IMG/VR virus record: IMGVR_UViG_3300022183_000065
Coordinates: 1 to 25,117 of that record
Length of the DNA: 25,117 nt
Direction: 5' to 3' (one strand)
From: a virus
Lineage: Duplodnaviria > Caudoviricetes
The translations under genes were made by a program, and so were the position numbers. Below are positions 17,654-24,773 of the stretch, in pieces. The notes under the pieces are model-generated. The model had not been told where the DNA came from. It saw nothing but the letters and a program-made list of their open reading frames with translations, and did no database searches. The stretch's first letter is position 1; each line of letters begins with the position of its first letter.

Positions 17654-19011
17654 CCGTGTAGTGCCTTATGAATATCATCTTCTTCTGGATCTTCTCCATC
17701 TTCAGGTATAATTATAGAATTAGGGCCTATCTTTAGGCTACTCCAATTCATCTCTGAGGCAAACTCAACATTGTCATCCCCACTACGCATCTTTGTACAT
17801 ATGAACTTCATATAGGGATTTTCCTCATCCTTAGAGGACTCAAGGGTAAAAGCAGCATCAGGAGAGTCAAGAACACCTTTTGCAAACCTGGCCTCTCCAG
17901 TAGCATCAATCTGGTATGGTGATACAACCAGAACTCCATAATCTTGTGCGAAGGCTTTCAATGCTTTACTTACTTCTATCTGCTCTGTCCAGTCGTATTG
18001 TCCCATACGATTATTATTGAAACCCCTTTTAACTTGGTTTACATAATCTACAATAACTACTTTAGGCTCTAGCACTGCTACTTTCTTGTCTAATTCCTTT
18101 CTAATATTAGCCAGAGTTAGAGAAGGTTCGTATATAATATCTACCTGAGCTGGTCTTAGTGGTCTTTTTATAAGCTCTTCATGAAGTTCATCAAAGGCTC
18201 TTCTACCCTTAGAATTACTCCATCTTTTATATACTTCTTCACCCTCTTCAAATCTGTTAGACCACCACTTTGCTACTTGTAGCTGCTCTCCCATACTAAG
18301 ATTATTGTTTTCTATTGCTTTAGCAGATATTCCGGTAGAGATAGCGCATGTTCTTTGCATGATTTCCCTTGCACTCATCTCAATCGTAAAGTACATAACA
18401 GAAGATCCAGAATCGTAAATAGTAGATGCTATATTAGCGCATACTAGAGACTTACCCTGCCCCCTCTTACCACCAATCATTAGGTAGTCTTCAGGACCGA
18501 ATCTCTCCATAGAATCATAATCGGTATTTAGTCCTAGAGGAACTACATTTTCCATATATTCTTCTGGATAAAATAATTCCATACGCTGCATACTTTCCGT
18601 GCTTCCCTTTATGTCAACCTTATCTTCAACACGTAAAATAATATTTTGCAAACTATCTAAATTTTCTTTTGCAGACTCCATAGCAATAGAGTTTTCTAGG
18701 TAGTTTTCCAACTCTCCCATAATCTCTAGTTGCGTAAATTCATTTTTCAGATACTCTAATAGGGTGGGGTTATCAACATCCACACTATCTACATTTTGTA
18801 AAGCTAGTAATTTTTCTCTAAGGGATGAGTCTCTGACGGATAATTGAACAGCCTCAAACGTGGGAAGTTCTCTAAACTCTTCGATGTACTTGTTTAGATA
18901 TGACCAGATTGGCTGATATTCTGTGGGAAGATAATGTTTATGCAGGTCGCCCCAAGTATCCAAATCACTATCAGTGATTATTGATTTTAGAAGGATACTT
19001 GCTAGATTCAC
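17650..19011 (-). CDS. dnaB: DnaB-like replicative helicase (T5 D6-like)
   Basis: GKRGQGKS Walker A, FTIEM, IVDY, PYQ and KMR motifs. GTG at 19011 is 7 nt after GGAG (TTG 19014 is the alternative). Confidence 0.9.
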   Translation of the reverse strand: MNLASILLKSIITDSDLDTWGDLHKHYLPTEYQPIWSYLNKYIEEFRELPTFEAVQLSVRDSSLREKLLALQNVDSVDVDNPTLLEYLKNEFTQLEIMGELENYLENSIAMESAKENLDSLQNIILRVEDKVDIKGSTESMQRMELFYPEEYMENVVPLGLNTDYDSMERFGPEDYLMIGGKRGQGKSLVCANIASTIYDSGSSVMYFTIEMSAREIMQRTCAISTGISAKAIENNNLSMGEQLQVAKWWSNRFEEGEEVYKRWSNSKGRRAFDELHEELIKRPLRPAQVDIIYEPSLTLANIRKELDKKVAVLEPKVVIVDYVNQVKRGFNNNRMGQYDWTEQIEVSKALKAFAQDYGVLVVSPYQIDATGEARFAKGVLDSPDAAFTLESSKDEENPYMKFICTKMRSGDDNVEFASEMNWSSLKIGPNSIIIPEDGEDPEEDDIHKALHG

Positions 19012-19042
19012 CAATTGACTCCGTAATAAACTTTAGACGAGG

Positions 19043-19072
19043 AAAAGCCAGAGGAGCAAAAACTCCTCTGGC
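19043..19072 (-). terminator. Intrinsic terminator after D5
   Basis: GCCAGAGGAG-TTTTTG-CTCCTCTGGC perfect 10-bp stem followed by TTTT on the minus strand. Confidence 0.75.
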
Positions 19073-19091
19073 CGATTATAAACGACAGGGA

Positions 19092-19811
19092 CTAGCCAGC
19101 AGCTTTTGCTTGCTTGGCAGCTCCATCGTAATTCGCAGCAGTCAAGCCACGACGCGTAAGCATCGTCTTGACACCACGAACAGTCTTACCAATTTGATCT
19201 GCAATTTCTTCTACAGACAAACCAGATACATCGACGCCCTCAAGAGGGTCAGTCTTTGCAGAAGCACGGCTTTCACGCTGTGCTGGGATAGAAGCAATCT
19301 GACCACTTCGCAGCATAGACAGAGCCTTACCACGAATTTGATTGATTGTCTTGCCGAGAGCTTCAGCAATATCTTCTAGGTAAGAACCATTAGCAGCCAT
19401 AGAAGCTACCGTTGCTTCTTCTTCTTCGGTAAAGCTACGAACAACTTCACGTTGAGGTGCAGGCTTTACATGCTCATGCAGTTGCATAGAGAGGATCTTG
19501 CCTTGGATTTGCTTCGCATTGAAGTCTCCAGGAAAAGCCTCTGCAATTTGAGCATAAGTAAAGTTACCACTGTTATCTTCAACAAAGCCACGGAGAGTAT
19601 TCTCTTGCTCCTCTGTGAAAGTTTTAGATGCAACAGTGGCAGAAGATTCTACTTCAAAACCTTCTTTTCGCAGTTTAGCAGCTACAGAACGAACAGTCGT
19701 CTCAAGCTGTTCTGCTGCTTCTGAAACAGTATCTTGAGATACTGGAGACTCACTTCCAACAAAATCACGCAGGCTTGCAGTGCGCTCGTCGGTCCACTTA
19801 GGTAATGCCAT
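19092..19811 (-). CDS. D5: D5-like DNA-binding protein with tandem HTH modules
   Basis: Repeated (W/F)T(D/E)E...IA...(I/V)(R/Q)GK units, located between ligase B and helicase as in T5. Confidence 0.85.
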   Translation of the reverse strand: MALPKWTDERTASLRDFVGSESPVSQDTVSEAAEQLETTVRSVAAKLRKEGFEVESSATVASKTFTEEQENTLRGFVEDNSGNFTYAQIAEAFPGDFNAKQIQGKILSMQLHEHVKPAPQREVVRSFTEEEEATVASMAANGSYLEDIAEALGKTINQIRGKALSMLRSGQIASIPAQRESRASAKTDPLEGVDVSGLSVEEIADQIGKTVRGVKTMLTRRGLTAANYDGAAKQAKAAG

Positions 19812-19819
19812 GTTATTTC

Positions 19820-20563
19820 CTATAATAATTGGTTAATATTTGTAACGATAGAGACACCCCTGTCTCTAGCTTTTCTTGTTTTGGAAGACTCTGTACCGCT
19901 CTCGTTTATAAGTATTGTTACTTCTTTAGTGAGGCTAGATACCACTCTGTAACCGCTTTTAACGAGTACTCGTTCAGCTTCTCCCTTAGTTTTAAAGGAC
20001 TTTAGTCGTCCAGATATGCACACAACTTTCTCACTAGTGTTGGGCATAAAATCTTCTGACACATTGAAGTCAAATGGAAGTAAATGCTCGAAGTCCGTAA
20101 AGCTAAAATTATACCAATCCATTAAAGATTCTGTAGCTTTTGGCCCTAATCCAGCATGTAAACACACAGGTTCATTTATGTCAAAAATGCTTTCAATCAC
20201 TCCGCACAGTTTAGCTGTTGCGGTTTTCCCTATTAGTGGTATTGATAATGCGGGGAGCACTTCCTCTAACGGGGCAGACTTTGATTTCTCAATTTCCTCT
20301 AATAGCTTGGTAGCCATTATCTCGGAGTTCAATGCCTCTGACACTACATCGAATGTTAAATCATATATATCTAAAATACTACTAATATTTAACTTCTGTA
20401 TAGTCGCAGGTCCGAACCCTTTGATTTTGAGAGTCTTTGTGAAATGTTCAATCCTCTTTTGATTCTTTGCAGAACACAAAGAATTGTGGCAATAAAGAAT
20501 ATCATTCTCCCAGCTTAAATCCTCTCCGCAGGAAGGACAATGACTTGGAGGTAAGATTTTCAT
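19820..20563 (-). CDS. NAD-dependent DNA ligase subunit B (Zn finger, HhH, BRCT)
   Basis: CPSC...C...C zinc finger, IKGFGP, IPLIGK and GLGPK HhH motifs, C-terminal BRCT (VCISG...SSKTRKA). Confidence 0.92.
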   Translation of the reverse strand: MKILPPSHCPSCGEDLSWENDILYCHNSLCSAKNQKRIEHFTKTLKIKGFGPATIQKLNISSILDIYDLTFDVVSEALNSEIMATKLLEEIEKSKSAPLEEVLPALSIPLIGKTATAKLCGVIESIFDINEPVCLHAGLGPKATESLMDWYNFSFTDFEHLLPFDFNVSEDFMPNTSEKVVCISGRLKSFKTKGEAERVLVKSGYRVVSSLTKEVTILINESGTESSKTRKARDRGVSIVTNINQLL

Positions 20564-20593
20564 ATATTTTATTTCCCTAACGATTGAATGTAT

Positions 20594-20622
20594 ATTATAC
20601 GGCTATTGACCAAAAAAGTCAA
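20594..20622 (-). promoter_or_regulatory. Sigma70-type promoter P3, upstream of ligase B/D5
   Basis: TTGACT-17 nt-TATAAT. Shares GTATAATATACATTCAA with P2. Confidence 0.88.
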
Positions 20623-20625
20623 GAA

Positions 20626-20979
20626 TTATTTTTTCTTTGGTATAGCTGCGATAATTTCTTTTCTGATTTCAAATAGTTCTGTATACCCTCCAAACTTTCT
20701 TTTAGGGGTATACTTGTATTCTTTGAACTGCTCATGAAGTGCTTGCTCTATCTTCCAGACATTATATATAGTGTCTGCGTAGGTTCTTTGTATTCTAATG
20801 TCATATCCTGTAAATCCTACAGATCTCTTTACAACATTTTTCCAGGTTGTGCCAGAAGCTATACCTATTTTTAGGCACTCTCTAGTCATAGTCTCTCTGT
20901 CTACTAGAACTACGCAGTACAAAACTCCGGGTTTATTGGCCTCTTCTGGATTAGCCTCAAACCACTTTCTACTATACAT
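20626..20979 (-). CDS. GIY-YIG/T5orf172-like putative endonuclease
   Basis: Start trimmed to MYSRKWF (20979). GVLY...LKIGIA...R...IEQALH...GGYTELF pattern, 117 aa. Confidence 0.65.
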   Translation of the reverse strand: MYSRKWFEANPEEANKPGVLYCVVLVDRETMTRECLKIGIASGTTWKNVVKRSVGFTGYDIRIQRTYADTIYNVWKIEQALHEQFKEYKYTPKRKFGGYTELFEIRKEIIAAIPKKK

Positions 20980-21238
20980 TATCGGGAAACTGTATAATGA
21001 CTGCACTAGACTGTTTTTTTGGTTCTTCACTATCACCGTATTCTTGCCCAAACTCGTCATTACCCTCTATTAAAACCTGTATAGCGTCAGCCCATCCCTC
21101 TAGCACCATCAATCTTGTTTCTGGTTTTATATTCCAGAACCTATCCTCTACTCCCAGCACTGGATTATAAAACAGGTCATTGTCGTCTAAAAGTCCAAGC
21201 CACCCTAGTTTTACCCTATCGTCGTCTTCTCTATCCAT
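20972..21238 (-). CDS. Acidic hypothetical protein
   Basis: 88 aa, 8-nt overlaps with both neighbours, ends in AVIIQFP. Confidence 0.7.
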   Translation of the reverse strand: MDREDDDRVKLGWLGLLDDNDLFYNPVLGVEDRFWNIKPETRLMVLEGWADAIQVLIEGNDEFGQEYGDSEEPKKQSSAVIIQFPDNV

Positions 21239-21398
21239 TTTGCTGCCTAAATTGAGCCTCTAGATTCTGTAAATTATTTTTATGGGTTTTTACTATATAC
21301 CTGAGAACTGGCCTGACTTTATCATCAGATAGCTCTGATACCGTATAATGACCGGCTAAAAGTCTATCTAATACTACCCTTGTTTCTTGCTTATTCAT
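21231..21398 (-). CDS. 55-aa hypothetical protein (not in ORF track)
   Basis: MNKQETRVVLDRLLAGHYTVSELSDDKVRPVLRYIVKTHKNNLQNLEAQFRQQNG*. ATGA overlap with the ligase A stop. Confidence 0.7.
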   Translation of the reverse strand: MNKQETRVVLDRLLAGHYTVSELSDDKVRPVLRYIVKTHKNNLQNLEAQFRQQNG

Positions 21399-22315
21399 AC
21401 TCTGCGAACTACTCTTGGTATTATTTCACCAGACCTGATTACTTCCACACTACATCCAAGTTCCAGACCTAATTCCTCTATATACCGTAAATTATGTAGA
21501 GTAGCTCTCGATACTGTAGCATCTCCAATCAATACTGGTTTTAGTATTGCCACTGGAGCAACTACACCTGATTTACCTACTTGCCACACAACATCTTCCA
21601 AGGTAGTAACTACTCCGACCTGCTTCTCTTTAAAAGCATAGGCACCTCTAGGGTGATGAGATGTATAACCTTTATCATTGAAATCGTGATTGTAATCTTC
21701 TCTGAAGACTAAACCATCGTGAGGGAATTGATCCCAATCGCTATCAATAACTGTATTAAATCCTTGTAGCCTGAGAGACAACATATCCTCAGACCAAAAA
21801 CTATCTAAGTCAAAAAGAGAAATTCCATAAGCAATAAATGTCAAATCTCTCTTAGCAAACTCATCACTATCCTTTAATCCCAGAGAACCGGCAGCATAGT
21901 TTCGGGCATTTTTAATCTCCTTGGGTGCTACTACTTCTCCAGTAATCTGGAATATTCTTTTCTTAGAATTAATTATTTTTGGAAAGTCTAGTCTGCGAAC
22001 ATTTTCTGTAATGTCTTTACCTTTCTTTCCATCCCCTCTTGTAAGAGCGTAGGCAAAGTGACCCTCTACATAGTAGAGGGCCACCGCCGCGCCGTCCAGT
22101 TTAGGACTCACTACAACAGAGGAAAGTTGTGGGGGTGTATCTCCTTCATATACTTTCTGAAGGCTATACATTGGAAACTCGTGAGGCACATCACCGTCCA
22201 TATATCCAACTGGGTCGTAACGACACTCAGCACACAGTATATCGAACGCGGCATCACTTATAATTGGATTGCCTTCGTAATATGCCTTAGAACATTTATC
22301 TAAAAATTCTTTCAT
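21395..22315 (-). CDS. ligA: NAD-dependent DNA ligase subunit A (adenylation and OB domains)
   Basis: YY-x-G-x-P-x-ISD, MYSL, KLDG catalytic lysine, TRGDG, RNYAAG, DGLV, RATLHN and SGEIIP motifs. Confidence 0.95.
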   Translation of the reverse strand: MKEFLDKCSKAYYEGNPIISDAAFDILCAECRYDPVGYMDGDVPHEFPMYSLQKVYEGDTPPQLSSVVVSPKLDGAAVALYYVEGHFAYALTRGDGKKGKDITENVRRLDFPKIINSKKRIFQITGEVVAPKEIKNARNYAAGSLGLKDSDEFAKRDLTFIAYGISLFDLDSFWSEDMLSLRLQGFNTVIDSDWDQFPHDGLVFREDYNHDFNDKGYTSHHPRGAYAFKEKQVGVVTTLEDVVWQVGKSGVVAPVAILKPVLIGDATVSRATLHNLRYIEELGLELGCSVEVIRSGEIIPRVVRRV

Positions 22316-22322
22316 TATGTAT

Positions 22323-22351
22323 ATTATAGGGCCTTTTGGTTAAAATGTCAA
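22323..22351 (-). promoter_or_regulatory. Sigma70-type promoter P4, upstream of ligase A (leaderless)
   Basis: TTGACA-17 nt-TATAAT-ATACATA-ATG. The TGA of the -35 is the HNH gene stop. Confidence 0.9.
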
Positions 22352-23091
22352 GAATTATTTGGTAGTACGTGTACGTAAGTCATTGGGTCAAATTTATTGC
22401 TTTTTGAAGCGTTCTCTTCCCTAGTTAAATGCTGAAGGTTGTGTTCCACATGAAGTCCAGATACTAGTTTTCCTAGTAAAGGTACATCATGATCTACAAC
22501 ATATCCGTCGGGAGTGCTTTTGTATATTTCAGTTATTTTTTCTTGTGAAGCCCATCCAGGCATTTGCTGTTTTATTTTTAGCCTTCTCTTAGCACTATGG
22601 GCATTTTTTACAGCTCTGCCCTTCTCGCTTTTACGGTATCTTGCCAGACTCTCTCTTGTATACAAAGTATAGTGGTACTCACATAAATGTCTATACTCTA
22701 TAGACCTGCCTTTTCTATTAGCGGCTCTGTCAACCCTGGGAAACTCTTCAAGAGGAAGAAGTTTATTGCACTCACCACACCAATGGTATCCGCAATAATT
22801 ATTCATAAAATTAAAATAATTATTAAAACCAACCTTTTCTTTAAATAAGTAAGGACATTTTTCTCTTAAAGACTTCTCAAACCCTTTAACACCCGATCCT
22901 CGTGTTTCACAGTACCCTAACTTTTTAGCTGCTTCTAGCCTATCTTTGGAGCTGTATAAAGCTTCCACTACCTCAATATTTGTGTTAAACTTTCTTTTTA
23001 AATGAGCGCCCCTTCTAACTGGTATAGCCTTTTCTTCTAGGCTATGGCCAATCAGTTCAAGATATCTATGTGGTATCTCCTCTTTATTCAT
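22348..23091 (-). CDS. HNH (homing) endonuclease
   Basis: C-terminal VDHDVPL...GLHVEHNLQHLTREENASKSN, central CGEC...CEYH zinc-binding motif, basic linker. Confidence 0.85.
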   Translation of the reverse strand: MNKEEIPHRYLELIGHSLEEKAIPVRRGAHLKRKFNTNIEVVEALYSSKDRLEAAKKLGYCETRGSGVKGFEKSLREKCPYLFKEKVGFNNYFNFMNNYCGYHWCGECNKLLPLEEFPRVDRAANRKGRSIEYRHLCEYHYTLYTRESLARYRKSEKGRAVKNAHSAKRRLKIKQQMPGWASQEKITEIYKSTPDGYVVDHDVPLLGKLVSGLHVEHNLQHLTREENASKSNKFDPMTYVHVLPNNS

Positions 23092-23350
23092 TAATTAAAT
23101 CTCCAAAATATTCGTTTATAATTTCTTTGCTCTCAGCTTGAGACATGATCGAACATAAAGAGGAAAATAGCTTTCTTACTGAATCAATATCCAGTTCTAA
23201 TGCTATGCCTTTAGGCGTAGGTTGCCATTCCTCATCAAATGTTAAAAAATACTCTCGCAAATGTAAATACTCCTTTCCTCTAAACTCATTTACTGTTAGT
23301 CTGACTTGGGAATATTCTTCTTCCCTGATAATGTATGATAATTCTTCCAC
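23084..23350 (-). CDS. PC4/p15-like ssDNA-binding protein
   Basis: VRLTVNEFRGKEYLHLREYF...WQPTPKGIAL is the PC4 fold signature. T5 has a homologue upstream of its ligase. Confidence 0.88.
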   Translation of the reverse strand: MEELSYIIREEEYSQVRLTVNEFRGKEYLHLREYFLTFDEEWQPTPKGIALELDIDSVRKLFSSLCSIMSQAESKEIINEYFGDLINE

Positions 23351-23354
23351 TTCT

Positions 23355-23621
23355 CTAATCCTTATTCTTCAGGATATTAGACAGTGGAACAACCGTCTTA
23401 ACATTGTTAGCTTTCATAAGGCGAAAAGAATCAGTGTCCCAACAAAACATTAGAACACTGTTCTCATCTTCCTGCGCCCTATTTCTTTTACCTTTGATAT
23501 AAGGTGTAGAAAAGTCTAAAGTACATACATTATACTTAGTCTTTTTTGAATTAGGACTTTTATAAGTGATAACTGCGTCTCCTGCCTCGGATAAACGCTC
23601 TATCAACTCTTCTTTTTTCAT
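23355..23621 (-). CDS. T5-like hypothetical protein (small beta-barrel-like)
   Basis: 88 aa with YNVCTLDF...FCWDTDSFR pattern, SD GGAG, syntenic between D3 and PC4. Confidence 0.78.
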   Translation of the reverse strand: MKKEELIERLSEAGDAVITYKSPNSKKTKYNVCTLDFSTPYIKGKRNRAQEDENSVLMFCWDTDSFRLMKANNVKTVVPLSNILKNKD

Positions 23622-23680
23622 ATTAGCTCCGTATTACATTGAGCAAAACCTCTTTTGCCGCCGTAATACAATGGCTAAAT
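23622..23680 (-). promoter_or_regulatory. Three-tier RNA hairpin enclosing the SD of the 88-aa gene
   Basis: TTAGC/GCTAA, GTATTAC/GTAATAC and GCAAAA-GAGG-TTTTGC nested stems fill the spacer between tRNA CCA and ATG. Confidence 0.6.
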
Positions 23681-23681
23681 A

Positions 23682-23757
23682 TGGTGCCTCGTCACGGGAT
23701 CGAACCGCGCACCTACTGATTACAAATCAGTCGCTCTACCAAATGAGCTAACGAGGC
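23682..23757 (-). tRNA. tRNA-Thr(UGU)
   Basis: GCCTCGT/ACGAGGC acceptor stem plus ACCA, D arm GCTC/GAGC, anticodon arm ACTGA-TTTGTAA-TCAGT, T arm CGCGG-TTCGATC-CCGTG, 76 nt. Confidence 0.96.
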
Positions 23758-23960
23758 TTTTTCGTTCTCCTAAATAGGGCCAGCAATGCTAACCCTATCA
23801 ACATTCCACCAAGTGTGCCTGGTTCTGGCACAGAATGTGGTGGTTCAGAGGGGGGCGGAAGCTGTATAGGAATACAGCCGTAGCCTTGAGGCCCGATCCC
23901 TGGGCACCCTATTGGTGCTCCCATAGGTCCGGGCGTCTGTATCTCTCCCTCTATCATCAT
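23748..23960 (-). CDS. PEP-CTERM sorting-domain microprotein
   Basis: C-terminus VPEPGTLGGMLIGLALLALFRRTKKPR has VPEP, a TM helix and a basic cluster. ATGA overlap with the D3 stop. Confidence 0.85.
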   Translation of the reverse strand: MMIEGEIQTPGPMGAPIGCPGIGPQGYGCIPIQLPPPSEPPHSVPEPGTLGGMLIGLALLALFRRTKKPR

Positions 23961-24316
23961 GCAGCGTTTACCTGATTCAATACACCTGCAAAGTACATAG
24001 CAGCCTTACCAGTCATCTTTGCTAAGATTTCTTCATCAATGTCTGCGCCAGCATCGCTAATAGCTGCTGTAAGTTGCTCGATAGCAGCGGCTTTGCTTAC
24101 TCGGCTTCCGCCACCACCAGATGACTTTGAGGGAGAAGCTGAAGGAGTCTTCTTAATATATACTTCTGCTTTACTCAAAATCATACGCACACCGTTAGGA
24201 GACTGATCTAATTCTTCAGCGATTTCCTTAACAATTTCCATGCTGTTATCAGCATCGGGGTTGCGCTCTACATACATTGCTACTGCCTGTTCTTTTTGCT
24301 CGTCGGTCCAAGCCAT
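23957..24316 (-). CDS. D3: D3-like DNA-binding protein
   Basis: MAWTDEQK...IAEEL...SPNGVRMILSKAEVY...KMTGKAA pattern, SD AAGGA, T5 gene order. Possible longer form from 24400. Confidence 0.82.
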   Translation of the reverse strand: MAWTDEQKEQAVAMYVERNPDADNSMEIVKEIAEELDQSPNGVRMILSKAEVYIKKTPSASPSKSSGGGGSRVSKAAAIEQLTAAISDAGADIDEEILAKMTGKAAMYFAGVLNQVNAA

Positions 24317-24427
24317 TTTACGTTTCCTTCTGTTGGTTATAGGGCCGCCCGGACATGTGCCTCGGGCAGCGATTTGTTGTTCATAAAAACGATAACTAAT
24401 TTTGCTATCTCCCAGTTGATAAAAGAT

Positions 24428-24456
24428 ATTATACGGGGTTTCAGTTGAAAAGTCAA
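24428..24456 (-). promoter_or_regulatory. Sigma70-type promoter P5, upstream of D3
   Basis: TTGACT-TTTCAACTGAAACCCCG(17 nt)-TATAAT. Confidence 0.88.
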
Positions 24457-24459
24457 GAA

Positions 24460-24687
24460 TTATTTTCCGTGTCTATCTAAAAAAGCTATTACAGTGTTCG
24501 CTAGCATTACCTTATGCGAAAACAAAAGAGGGAGAAACAGTATAGGTGCTGCTGCCATATCTACTCCAAAAATAAAAAACCAAAAAGATAGTGGCTCTTT
24601 TCTAAAAGCCATTTTAGATGCGGGTATTTGTATTCTTATCATAGTTGTAAGTGCTGTAGCAACACAGAATATACCGTAATAAATCAT
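24460..24687 (-). CDS. 75-aa membrane protein
   Basis: Two hydrophobic segments, ATGA-coupled to the upstream microprotein. Confidence 0.7.
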   Translation of the reverse strand: MIYYGIFCVATALTTMIRIQIPASKMAFRKEPLSFWFFIFGVDMAAAPILFLPLLFSHKVMLANTVIAFLDRHGK

Positions 24688-24773
24688 TTATCTAGGGGCG
24701 TTCTAGTGGCTACATAAATAAATGTAAAGGCTATAGCCAGCCCAATTCCTGCGATCAATTCTAAATCTGTCAT
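24684..24773 (-). CDS. 29-aa single-TM microprotein (not in ORF track)
   Basis: MTDLELIAGIGLAIAFTFIYVATRTPLDK*. ATGA overlaps at both ends. Confidence 0.7.
   Translation of the reverse strand: MTDLELIAGIGLAIAFTFIYVATRTPLDK

Noticed and set aside
20564-21394. Group I intron or intein interrupting the ligase
   Set aside because: The interval is filled with coupled ORFs, subunit B has its own promoter and SD, no intron core or intein motifs were recognised, and a split ligase is normal for T5-like phages.
23682-23757. tRNA as a prophage attachment site
   Set aside because: No integrase or duplicated tRNA 3' end in the window, and both flanks are phage genes in T5-like order.
573-24679. Opposite-strand and nested ORFs in the track (e.g. 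936-1295, 2517-2831, 8673-9077, 12274-12675, 18981-19379, 20016-20462, 23566-23751)
   Set aside because: They overlap well-supported genes or the tRNA and show no recognisable motifs, so they are treated as shadow ORFs.
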